Assembly (NCBI GenBank): GCA_041494685.1
Contig: JBGQBE010000024.1
Location: 1 to 45,510, forward strand
Length of the DNA: 45,510 bases
Direction of reading: 5' to 3'
Origin: Dehalococcoidia bacterium
GTDB taxonomy: Bacteria > Chloroflexota > Dehalococcoidia > DSTF01 > JACRBR01
Each line of letters begins with the position of its first letter. Position 1 is the stretch's first letter. Of this stretch, positions 36,940-45,510 are shown piece after piece. A program made the position numbers and the translations under genes. The notes below the pieces were generated by a model. The model was not told where the DNA came from and searched no databases. It saw only the letters and a list, made by a program, of their open reading frames with translations.

Positions 36940-37736
36940 GGCGAGACCCTCACGTTGACGAAGACGCTGATGGCGTCGTTTTCGATGAGCGGATTCACTA
37001 GGGAGCCGGCTGATGGCGTGGCGAAGATCGTTAGTGTGGCGAGATCCATGAGGCGCAGCACGACCGCATTCAGCGGAACGGCGAGTCGAGGCAGGAGCGC
37101 GATCTGCAGAACAGAGCGGAGGTAGCACTCCAGACTGTCCTCAAGGCCCGTCGGCGCGATGTCGACGATCTCAACTCCCCCAACGGAGCCAATCAGTCGC
37201 TGTGCGCCCTCAGGTCCCACGATGATGATCGAGCCGGTGGCAAATACGTCGAGGCAGAAGCACGAGATCTCTTTGAAGGGCACGGGCTTTGGCCGGAAGT
37301 CGACTTTTCGGCGGCCTTCTACACCGTGGACGGGAGGCGGAAGCTCCGTGAAGGCCCGCGGCTCGGGGCAGGCGATGCCTGCGCAGACTGACGCGTGGAA
37401 TGCGAAGCTTCGCGGTCGCAGCGGCGCGAGTTCGGGTGGAAGCTGGATCACGTTTTGAGGATGGAAGTCGAGTTCTACGCGCGTGATCTGCAGGCAGAAG
37501 TCCAATCCCACCGTTCCGCTCGTCCCCACCAGCGGTAGTAGTGGCTCGACCGTGATTTCGGCACGAACGCCTGCCGCGGTCTCGATGCGTTCGCAAAGAA
37601 GCTGCGGGTCAGTGACGAACAGCGGCGTGCCGTAGTTGAACAGCCACGGCAGCTGCCGCATGGAATGGATGACAAAGCGGTTGAAGGCCGTTTCGTCAAT
37701 CCTGGCGAATAGGTCCGACCTGTCGGTGAATGGCAT
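36936..37736 (-). CDS. Cys-rich hypothetical protein
   Basis: AAGGAG RBS; MPFTDRSDLFARIDETAFNRF..NPLIENDAISVFVNV; first gene of a coupled three-gene operon. Confidence 0.8.
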   Translation of the reverse strand: MPFTDRSDLFARIDETAFNRFVIHSMRQLPWLFNYGTPLFVTDPQLLCERIETAAGVRAEITVEPLLPLVGTSGTVGLDFCLQITRVELDFHPQNVIQLPPELAPLRPRSFAFHASVCAGIACPEPRAFTELPPPVHGVEGRRKVDFRPKPVPFKEISCFCLDVFATGSIIIVGPEGAQRLIGSVGGVEIVDIAPTGLEDSLECYLRSVLQIALLPRLAVPLNAVVLRLMDLATLTIFATPSAGSLVNPLIENDAISVFVNVRVSP

Positions 37737-38084
37737 AGGCGCGCTCCTTGCCTAGCACCCACTTACGCAGCAACCTGCATCGCGGACGCAGGCAGAGCTC
37801 CTTGCTCTTATAGAGGAGCGATTCTACGCCCGCAGCCGACTGATGTCAAGATGCGCCATCACGCTACTTCAGAGATCCCTTTGAAGCACCACTCGCACGG
37901 GGTACGCAGCCAGCGGAAGAGAATCGGCCGCGCCGCAAGAACGCCGTCTCGCGGGACGCTTACCATGTCACCGTCGTGTACATCAGCCGTCCAGCGCTCG
38001 GTTGCGAGATTGACGGAGGCCGGCGATTGCCGTTGAACACCTGCGCCAAGTCGCTGGGGCCAACGATCCACGAGCCGTTGCTCC

Positions 38085-38897
38085 TCACCTATCCTCTGGT
38101 GCGCCTCCTGATCTCAGGATCAGGTCGTCGTACGCGCCCCAGTACCGGCGAGGGAGCAACCGGCCGATCGCTACCATGACCTCGTCGCGCACGCGCCGAT
38201 CCAGATCTTCCGGGCCGCCTTCTATCCGCACCGATGGGAGGAACGGCTCGCCGAACCTGACGACGAGCGTGGCGCCGTCTTCCCAGGCCGCTACCGGTTG
38301 CAACGGAGCACCCTTCCGCGCGAGCAACGCCAGCAAGCGCCCGTTCCCGGCAGGCGGTTCCACGAGGCCATCCGTGGCAAGCAGGCCTTCGGGCGTAAGC
38401 CCGACCGGCGCGGTCTCGAGATGCCGCACGAGTCTTCGAAGCGCTACGGCGCGGCTCATCATCAACGTCTCGCGCCGGGGAAGCGCGACGAAGTCGTACA
38501 CGCGCGCCATGCGGGAAAAGGCCCAGCGGAACAGCGCGGGAGGGATCGGGATGGGACCGATTCCCCGGTCACGGTACTCGCTCGTGAAGGCCCAACGGAT
38601 CTCCGGCGAGCCGGGACGCCGTTCCGCGAGTGCCGAACTGACCGCCATCGCGCAGTGGTATGGGCGGAGCCCTGGGCGGTTGTAGTGGTTCATGACGACG
38701 ATGAATACGCCGTCGGTGGGCACGCGCTCGATCCCTTCGATCCGCCGCGGGTACGGATTGGCGTCGAGTACTTCGCGCGAGTCGCGCGCGAACGACCGCG
38801 AGCGCCCCGCGAGAACATCGAGAGCGAAGCGCAGGATGGTGCGCCGGGGCGCCTCGTACATGGTCGGGATCGAGCCGGGGCCAATTGTCGCGGTCAC
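38085..38897 (-). CDS. PlsC-like lysophospholipid acyltransferase family protein
   Basis: IEGIERVPTDGVFIVVMNH (block I), GLTPEG (block III), VVRFGEPF, IGRLLP..YWGAY. Confidence 0.8.
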   Translation of the reverse strand: MTATIGPGSIPTMYEAPRRTILRFALDVLAGRSRSFARDSREVLDANPYPRRIEGIERVPTDGVFIVVMNHYNRPGLRPYHCAMAVSSALAERRPGSPEIRWAFTSEYRDRGIGPIPIPPALFRWAFSRMARVYDFVALPRRETLMMSRAVALRRLVRHLETAPVGLTPEGLLATDGLVEPPAGNGRLLALLARKGAPLQPVAAWEDGATLVVRFGEPFLPSVRIEGGPEDLDRRVRDEVMVAIGRLLPRRYWGAYDDLILRSGGAPEDR

Positions 38898-39419
38898 GCC
38901 CGCGCAGTCTCATCGGTGTGCGTTGCTCTCACCTTGCCGAGTTCCACTCTTGGAGCTTCTCGGTTAGCTCCGCGTCTTTGCCGTCCCGATGGGCTAAGGG
39001 GTTCATGGTCCCGCTTTCGGTCGCGAACCGTGCCGCGCGCTCGTCCTTTTGCTGAAGTATGGTGCCGCTGCGGCACCAAGGTGCTTCAGGAATGTTATCG
39101 ACTTTGGGAGTGGCTTCTTCGCGAATCAACTACCGGCGCTCCTAGCCAGGCAAACGAGAGGATCCTCGGTCGCTCGGCGCCAACGTCGCGCCGATCGGTG
39201 AAGTGATATGCTGCGGTTCGCGGAGCGAGCGGCACGCACATGTTCAGGCGAGCGCGGCTCGCAGGAACTCAGCGGCACAATCCCTGAAGGCCGCGTGCGG
39301 AAGCCTGTTCGCCGGCGCGTTCGTCGTCGACATTGTAGGGTACACCTTCGTGTATCTTCATCTCTGGCTGGCCACCTGCACATAAGGGATCGAGGACCGA
39401 ACGCGAGCCGAGTTTGGCC

Positions 39420-40337
39420 ATGCCTGAATACATCATCGAGGCGCGGGGACTCTTCAAGCGGTACGGCGCCACGGCCGCCGTTCAGGGTGTAGACATCGTC
39501 CTTGAACAAGGCGGTGTGTTCGGCGTGCTCGGGCCGAACGGGTCGGGCAAATCGACCACGGTCCGGATGCTCCTCGGTCTGGCCCGGCCGGACCAGGGCA
39601 GCGTGAAACTCTTCGGGCAACCGCTCAGTGAGCACGCACCGGAACTCTTGGGCCGCGTCGGTGCGGTCGTGGAAACGCCGGCATTCGTGCCCTATCTGTC
39701 GGGACGGGACAACCTCAGGCTGCTCGACCGCTACACACCAGGCGCCGGGGAGGAGACGATCGACCGGGTCCTGCACCGCGTCCACCTCGGCGAGGCGGCG
39801 GATCGACGCTTCAAGAACTACTCGCTGGGCATGAAACAGCGACTCGGCATCGCGGCCGCGATCCTCCACGATCCGGAGCTGATCATCCTCGATGAGCCCA
39901 CCAACGGGCTCGATCCGCAGGGTACCCGCGAAGTGCGCGAACTGATTCCCGAGTTAGCGGCCGAGGGTCGCACCGTCGTCTTATGCAGCCATCTCCTGCA
40001 CGAGGTGGAGCAGGTTTGCGACCACGTCGCGATCTTCCAGCGAGGGAGGGTCATCGCCCGCGGCAGGACGGCCGAACTCGTCGGTGATCGCACCGAGTTC
40101 GAGATCCGCATCCCTGAGATCGACGCAGCCGAGACGGCCCTGCAGTCGTCGCCCTGGGCCAGTTCCACGCGCCGCGAGAACGATGCGCTGCACATATCCG
40201 GGGCGGGCATCGAAGGCCGCGCAGTGAACCGGTTCCTCGCGGAGCGCGGCCTGTACGCCGATGTGCTCTGCCCAGTGCAGCAAACGCTCGAGGAGGTCTT
40301 TTTCGAACTCACCGATGAGACGGACCACGATGACTGA
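39420..40337 (+). CDS. ABC-2 type transporter ATP-binding protein (BcrA/LanF-like)
   Basis: GPNGSGKST, YSLGMKQRLG, LDEPTNGLD, SHLL. Confidence 0.95.
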   Translation: MPEYIIEARGLFKRYGATAAVQGVDIVLEQGGVFGVLGPNGSGKSTTVRMLLGLARPDQGSVKLFGQPLSEHAPELLGRVGAVVETPAFVPYLSGRDNLRLLDRYTPGAGEETIDRVLHRVHLGEAADRRFKNYSLGMKQRLGIAAAILHDPELIILDEPTNGLDPQGTREVRELIPELAAEGRTVVLCSHLLHEVEQVCDHVAIFQRGRVIARGRTAELVGDRTEFEIRIPEIDAAETALQSSPWASSTRRENDALHISGAGIEGRAVNRFLAERGLYADVLCPVQQTLEEVFFELTDETDHDD

Positions 40338-41220
40338 CGCACTTCGAGTGGAAGCGCGCCGCCTCCGCCACGCGATTGACGCGGAGATGTTCAAGATCGT
40401 CCGGCGTCGGATGACCTACATCCTCCTGCTGGCCCTTGGTCTGCTCATGCTGATCTCCTACCTCCTCCTCTGGTGGGGGATTCGGGCTGGTCCGGGCCAC
40501 CGGCGGAATGCGCTCGCGGACTGGATCGCGCTGAAGTCGACCATGTCCTTCGCCCGAGTCACGCCGTACGGGCTGGCGCTGGAGCGATTCTTCGCGACCA
40601 TCGTGTGCGTGATCTTTGCAGGCAGCATGATGGGTAACGAATTCGACTGGCGCACCGTCGGGCTGTTCAGCGCGAGGGGCGTCCGCCGCTGGCACTTCGT
40701 TGCGGCGAAGGCGGTCGTGAGCGTGCTCTTTACCGTCGCCGCCGTGACTCTTGGATTTCTCGTTGCGATTGCGGCCAGCGCCTGGTTCTCGCACCTGTAC
40801 AGCCTGCCATACGGCACGTTTGACGTCGCGCGTCTCGGCGCCGCCGTCGCCGGCGCGGCACGAACCGCATTTGTCATGCTGCCACTGGTTCTTCTCGCTC
40901 TGCTCTGCGCAACGCTGTTCAGGTCGGCGGGACAGGCGGTAGGCGCAGCACTCGGCGTGTTCTTCCTCGAGGGCATCTTCACGACGCTCCTCAACAGGAC
41001 CGTGGGCTGGACGTCGCACATACCGGAAGCGCTGTTGAACTTCAATGGCGACTCGGTCATGCGGGCGAACGGGACGTTCAGCGCCGAGGGGGCCGGTGTG
41101 TTCCTCTCGGGATCCGGCGACGCGCCAGTCTGGCGGGCTGCTCTCATCCTTCTTCTCTGGTCGGCGGGATTTGTCGCGTTCGCGCTGTGGCGATTCCAGC
41201 GTCGTGACATTCAGGAATGA
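40330..41220 (+). CDS. ABC-2 type transporter permease
   Basis: AEMFKI, GNEFDWRT, about 6 TM segments, FQRRDI; start overlaps the ATPase stop. Confidence 0.9.
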   Translation: MTDALRVEARRLRHAIDAEMFKIVRRRMTYILLLALGLLMLISYLLLWWGIRAGPGHRRNALADWIALKSTMSFARVTPYGLALERFFATIVCVIFAGSMMGNEFDWRTVGLFSARGVRRWHFVAAKAVVSVLFTVAAVTLGFLVAIAASAWFSHLYSLPYGTFDVARLGAAVAGAARTAFVMLPLVLLALLCATLFRSAGQAVGAALGVFFLEGIFTTLLNRTVGWTSHIPEALLNFNGDSVMRANGTFSAEGAGVFLSGSGDAPVWRAALILLLWSAGFVAFALWRFQRRDIQE

Positions 41221-41296
41221 CGGGCGCGGCATGAGCCAGATCAACACACGACGACACCCTTCATCGTGCGAGTTCCGCTGACGTTGAGCCGGACGA

Positions 41297-42169
41297 TTAC
41301 TGACTCGATCCAATATCACGTCTGCGATAGAGCACCAGCGCCACGGCGATGAACGCGACGGCATACCCGACAAGGATCAAGCCGGCAACCAACGGCGAAT
41401 GGACGGCCGAGTCCGCCCCGCCCCCGCCGCCCAGTCGGGGAAGTACCTCCGGCACCTTGTTCTGCAGCAAGATGATCTGACGGTTCGTATTCAAGAAGTA
41501 GTCGGGGATGTTCTTCCAGGGGCTTCCGGCTGTCCGCATCAAGGCGTCGATGAGCGGCTCGGCGAAGGCCACGCCCATGCCGGTGCCGACGCCGGCGAGC
41601 GTCGACCGTCCGAGCACGGCGACAGCGAATGCCAGCGTCATATACGGCGTGAGCACGAGCAAGGTGCGCCCGTACGCGGCGGACTGGTCCCGGAAGAATG
41701 TCGCGGTGAGGAAGCTCCCGCTGGCGTCGCCGTAATAGAGGGCAATGATCAGGCTGTATGTCAGCGCGGCGGCGATGGCGAGCAGCGTCCCGACCGCTGT
41801 CAGCGCGAACACCACGGTCAGCTTGGCCAGGATGAGCTTCATCCGGCCGCTCGACACGGTCGCCATGAGGCGCACGGTGCCCCAGGCGTACTCGCTGCCG
41901 ATCGAGCCCGCAGCCAGGATGATCGCCAGGATCGCTCCGAACGTGCCCACGATTTGGAGCGCATACGGAACGGCCCCCGGAAGGAAGAGTGCTTGCCGCA
42001 GGTCAATCCCGGTGAACTGCCTGCCTTCGCCGAAGTGCTCGACCCGGCTGCTCGCGCTCCACAGCACCGAGTACAGGAGCACGACGAGGCCGACGAGGAT
42101 GAGCGCGACTACCCACGTCATCATGCGCTTGCGGAGCTTGAAGAACTCGGTCTCGATCAGCGGTATCAC
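41297..42169 (-). CDS. ABC-2 type transporter permease
   Basis: TEFFKL, GSEYAWGT, about 6 TM segments, YRRRDI; GTG start overlaps the ATPase stop. Confidence 0.9.
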   Translation of the reverse strand: MIPLIETEFFKLRKRMMTWVVALILVGLVVLLYSVLWSASSRVEHFGEGRQFTGIDLRQALFLPGAVPYALQIVGTFGAILAIILAAGSIGSEYAWGTVRLMATVSSGRMKLILAKLTVVFALTAVGTLLAIAAALTYSLIIALYYGDASGSFLTATFFRDQSAAYGRTLLVLTPYMTLAFAVAVLGRSTLAGVGTGMGVAFAEPLIDALMRTAGSPWKNIPDYFLNTNRQIILLQNKVPEVLPRLGGGGGADSAVHSPLVAGLILVGYAVAFIAVALVLYRRRDIGSSQ

Positions 42170-43086
42170 TGCGCCGTCTCCTCCCCGGTCAACTCCAGGA
42201 ACACGCTCTCGAGTTCCATCTCCCACGGCGCCAACTCCGAGAGCAGTACCCCTTGGGCGGCAAGGACGCCGTTTAGCTCAGCGGCGCGTGCGGTGGGCGC
42301 CGCTACGCGCAGGCAGCCGTCCATACTCGCAACGCCTGTCACCCATGGGATCGCGCCGAGTGCGCGCCGGAGCGCATCGGTGTCATCCGCGCGAAGCCGC
42401 AGGTACTCCGCACGCCCCAGCAACTCCTCAACGGTACCCTCCTGAACGAGCCGGCCCTGCTTCACGATGGCGATGCGGTCGCTGACGGCCTGCACCTCAT
42501 GCAGCAGGTGGCTGCAGAGAAAGACCGAGTGGCCCTCGCGCGCGAGGCGTGGGATCAGCTCGCGGATCTCGCGCGTGCCGGCGGGGTCGAGCCCGTTCGT
42601 CGGCTCGTCCAGGATGATCAGGTCGGGGTTTCGGAGGAGGGTTGACGCGATGCCGAGCCGCTGCTTCATCCCGAGCGAGTAGGTCTTGTAGGGGTCGCGG
42701 CCGCGTTCCTGGAGGCCGACAAGCTCGAGCATCTGCTCGATGCGGCCCTTGGGCACGTCCTGCAACGCGATGGTCAGTGTCTTGAGGTTGTCGTAGGCGG
42801 AGAGATACGGATAGAAGGCGGGCGTTTCGATCACGGCACCGACGCGTTTCAGCACCGGCCACGGGTGCGTCGCGACGTCCGTGTCGAAGACGAGTACTCG
42901 TCCCTTCGTCGGCCGGACGAGCCCGAGGATCATGCCGACTGTCGTGCTCTTGCCTGCGCCGTTGGGGCCGAGGAAGCTGAACACCTCGCGCTCGTAGACG
43001 CGGAGATGCATGTCGGCGACGGCCGTCACGGCGCCGTACTGCTTCCAAAGCCCCTCGGTGCGGAGGATCTCCCGGCCTGTGGACAA
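42166..43086 (-). CDS. ABC-2 type transporter ATP-binding protein (BcrA/LanF-like)
   Basis: GPNGAGKST, YSLGMKQRLG, LDEPTNGLD, SHLL; TTG start at 43086 after GGAGGG. Confidence 0.95.
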   Translation of the reverse strand: MSTGREILRTEGLWKQYGAVTAVADMHLRVYEREVFSFLGPNGAGKSTTVGMILGLVRPTKGRVLVFDTDVATHPWPVLKRVGAVIETPAFYPYLSAYDNLKTLTIALQDVPKGRIEQMLELVGLQERGRDPYKTYSLGMKQRLGIASTLLRNPDLIILDEPTNGLDPAGTREIRELIPRLAREGHSVFLCSHLLHEVQAVSDRIAIVKQGRLVQEGTVEELLGRAEYLRLRADDTDALRRALGAIPWVTGVASMDGCLRVAAPTARAAELNGVLAAQGVLLSELAPWEMELESVFLELTGEETAQ

Positions 43087-43337
43087 TTTCCCTCCAAGCG
43101 CACGCCTTCGGCCAGTATCACCTACGGGGCCCAAACAGATGTTACGAAAGAGTCAGGATCGGCATGTCCGCACCGGCAGCGGCCCTGCGACGTGGTACCG
43201 GCCGGTCGAACGATCGCGCCGTCCGGTCGTCGCGCCAATGCGCGTCTCGTCCAAACGGCCTGGCCTACGGGCGCCCTGACGTACCGTATGAGGCGCCGAT
43301 GCGGTCATCGCTCCCTGACGACCCGGATGCTTCGAGT

Positions 43338-44162
43338 TCAACCACCGAGGAACTGTCGCATCGCCTGTTTAGCGATGTTGATGGGAACCGCATACCCAAC
43401 GCCGGCGAAGGTGCTGGCGTCGGGGTTCTCGAGGTCGCTCGTGATACCAATCAGCTCGCCCTGCGTGTCGAAGAGCCCACCGCCCGAGCTTCCTTGATTG
43501 ATCGCCGCGTCGGTCTGCAGCAGCCCTTCCTGATCGGCCTGTCCGCCGACGCCATGGAGCGTCCGATCAAGGCCGCTGATCACCCCCGTCGTGAAGGAGC
43601 CCGCGAGTCCGAACGGGTTCCCAACGGCGACGACGACATTGCCTACCTTGAGCGCGCTGGAGTCACCGAGCGTGGCGGGGTGCAGTTCACTCTTGTTCGC
43701 GTTCGTCCTGATGATGGCCAGGTCGTCGGTGGGATCGGTGCTGACGATGTCCGCCGACGCCGTTGCCCCGTCGGTAAAGGTGACCGTGATCGTCTGCGCA
43801 CCGCTTACGACGTGGTCGTTCGTAAGGATGGTTCCGTTCGTGTCGAGCACGACGCCGGAACCTTGGGCCTGGATCTGCCGAGAGCGGCGGCGGCCGCTCT
43901 GACCGGTGATGTCGATCTCGACGATCGTCGGCCGGATGGCGGCGTACAGCGCGGAGAAGTCACTCGTCGCGATCCCTGGCGAGGCGCTGGTCGAGGTGTG
44001 CTCGCTGATCTGTCGGATGGTCGCGGTCGCCGCGGTCGCGTTGACGACGTCATTGCTCATATGGCTGGAGGTGCCACGAACGTAGGTCACGCCGACGACG
44101 CTGCCTGCGCCGAGGAACACGCTGACGAGAGCGACGGCGATGAAGGGACTCAGGCGCTTCAC
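43338..44162 (-). CDS. HtrA/S1C-like trypsin serine protease without PDZ domain
   Basis: N-terminal TM/signal; GSGVV, TNDHV, DLA, GNPFG, QTDAAINQGSSGG; ends just after the protease domain. Confidence 0.9.
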   Translation of the reverse strand: MKRLSPFIAVALVSVFLGAGSVVGVTYVRGTSSHMSNDVVNATAATATIRQISEHTSTSASPGIATSDFSALYAAIRPTIVEIDITGQSGRRRSRQIQAQGSGVVLDTNGTILTNDHVVSGAQTITVTFTDGATASADIVSTDPTDDLAIIRTNANKSELHPATLGDSSALKVGNVVVAVGNPFGLAGSFTTGVISGLDRTLHGVGGQADQEGLLQTDAAINQGSSGGGLFDTQGELIGITSDLENPDASTFAGVGYAVPINIAKQAMRQFLGG

Positions 44163-44278
44163 GATTCACCTATCGGCTCGGCGCGCGCTGTCGGGCGAGC
44201 CAGCACACTTCAGTATCACCTCACGCGCGGTCCGGCGTGCTTCGGAGTTGTTACCTTCTGACAGACCACACGATCTGC

Positions 44279-45510
44279 GGCGGTCTCAAGTGATCATCGC
44301 AACGGCCTCGGCGAACTTCTCAGAGGGTGACACCCAACCGAGCGTGTGTCGAGGGCGGCCGTTGAGCTCGGCGGCGACGGCATCGAGTTCGTGCTGGGTG
44401 ACTGCGGCCAGGTCGCTGCCCTTGGGGAAGTACTGGCGGAGGAGGCCGTTGGTGTTCTCGTTGGTGCCTCGCTGCCACGGGCTTCGTGGATCACAGATGT
44501 AGATCTGCAGACCGGTAGCGATGGTGAACCGCGCGTGCTGCGCCATCTCCTTGCCCTGATCCCACGTCAGGGACCGCAGCAACTGCTCGGGGAGCGTGAC
44601 GATGCGCGCGGCGAGCGCCGTGAGCACCGGCTCGGAGCTCCTGCCGTTGGGCAAGCCGACGAGGACGGCGAAGCGACTGCTGCGTTCGACCAGCGTCGCG
44701 ATCGCGCTGTTGCCACTCCCGAGCATGAGGTCGCCTTCCCAGTGCCCAGGCACAGCCCGATCAGCGGCCTCAACGGGACGTGCGCTGATATGGACCGCGT
44801 TCTGCAGTTGCCCTTGCCCATTCGCCGCCCGCGCCACGCGCGGTCGGCGGACCATCCGGCGCGAGCGCAGGTAGCGGGTCAGTTCCTTCCGCAGTGCGCC
44901 CCGCGGCTGCACGAACAGCGACATGTAGATTGTCTCGTGGGACACCTGCAGCTCCCGATCGTCCGGATACGTTCGCGCGAGCCAGCCGGCGATCTGCTGC
45001 GGAGACCAGCGCGATGCGAGCTTGGCTTCGACCATCTGCCGCAGTTGCGCGCAGCTCACAAGTTTCGCAGCTTTGGGACGTCGGGCCCGCCTCCATGCTG
45101 CCTGCTCCGCCCGGCAAGCGCGATAGCGGTTGCGGCCATCGTTGCTGGTGATCTCGCGAGACACGGTCGACGGAGCACGTCTGATACGCCCGGCGATCAA
45201 CCGGCACGAATCACCCGCCGCGACCCCACGCGAGATCTCTTCCCGCTCCGCTAGCGACAGCCGCAGCGCAGACCGCCGCGGCACGACGGGCTGGCGCCCG
45301 CCGGTCGACGCGACGAGCATGCGTAACGTCCCCATCGAGCGCCCCAGCGTCCGACTGATCGAACGCAGCGACGCACCTGCCCCGTATCTCCGCCATATCT
45401 CCGTCTTCTCCTGCACCGTCAACGCTGATCGGACCATCATTACCACCCCATCCTTCACGAGCAGTCTTAGCCCGTTCGACGGGGTGGTGCGATCACCGCT
45501 TGAGACCGCC
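44279..45510 (-). mobile_element. IS30-family insertion sequence, apparently complete (1232 bp)
   Basis: Terminal IRs GGCGGTCTCAAGTGATCATCGCAAC and GGCGGTCTCAAGCGGTGATCGCACC (21/25 identical) flank the transposase. Confidence 0.95.
44286..45440 (-). CDS. IS30-family transposase
   Basis: LSLAEREEI, WSPQQIA, VSHETIY, GHWEGD, LTWDQGKEM, SPWQRGTNENTNGLLRQYFPKG. Confidence 0.96.
   Translation of the reverse strand: MMVRSALTVQEKTEIWRRYGAGASLRSISRTLGRSMGTLRMLVASTGGRQPVVPRRSALRLSLAEREEISRGVAAGDSCRLIAGRIRRAPSTVSREITSNDGRNRYRACRAEQAAWRRARRPKAAKLVSCAQLRQMVEAKLASRWSPQQIAGWLARTYPDDRELQVSHETIYMSLFVQPRGALRKELTRYLRSRRMVRRPRVARAANGQGQLQNAVHISARPVEAADRAVPGHWEGDLMLGSGNSAIATLVERSSRFAVLVGLPNGRSSEPVLTALAARIVTLPEQLLRSLTWDQGKEMAQHARFTIATGLQIYICDPRSPWQRGTNENTNGLLRQYFPKGSDLAAVTQHELDAVAAELNGRPRHTLGWVSPSEKFAEAVAMIT

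Noticed and set aside
39203..39385. Small ORF with hydrophobic C-terminus upstream of the ABC operon, considered as a peptide substrate
   Set aside because: No clear RBS, leader motif or modification enzymes nearby
44256..44267. TTCTGACAGACC resembling the IS6 terminal repeat at 1643-1655
   Set aside because: Short match with a one-base gap and no adjacent IS6 sequence; likely chance
1..45510. CRISPR array, integrase gene, kaiB/kaiC, rRNA or known anti-phage genes
   Set aside because: No regularly spaced repeats or recognisable motifs for these were found by eye

Overview
High-GC bacterial DNA. The gene content loosely suggests Chloroflexota/Dehalococcoidia, which is an inference only. The window falls into two parts. 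(1) Positions 1-20387 look like the right arm of a tRNA-integrated genomic island. It ends in a 3'-half tRNA-Arg(TCG) that starts exactly at the anticodon loop and is preceded by GACAGCAAC direct repeats. This arm holds a dense signalling cluster: 3 PAS histidine kinases (one with a FixL-like heme-PAS), 3 paralogous OmpR regulators with nearly identical recognition helices, 3 Rcp1-like receivers plus 1 other single-domain receiver, a membrane GGDEF-EAL protein, and a receiver fused to a KaiA-C/RsbU_N-like helical domain. Six of these proteins end in -Ala-Ala. IS6 and IS481 remnants and several pseudogenes are interspersed. (2) Positions 20796-45510 encode PBP1C and a thioester-less alpha-2-macroglobulin, a chagasin/papain-like protease pair, two exported proteins, an unknown translationally coupled three-gene operon, a PlsC-like acyltransferase, two convergent ABC-2 transporter operons, a PDZ-less HtrA-like protease and a complete IS30 element that ends at the window edge. 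All family assignments are by motif recognition; no searches were run.
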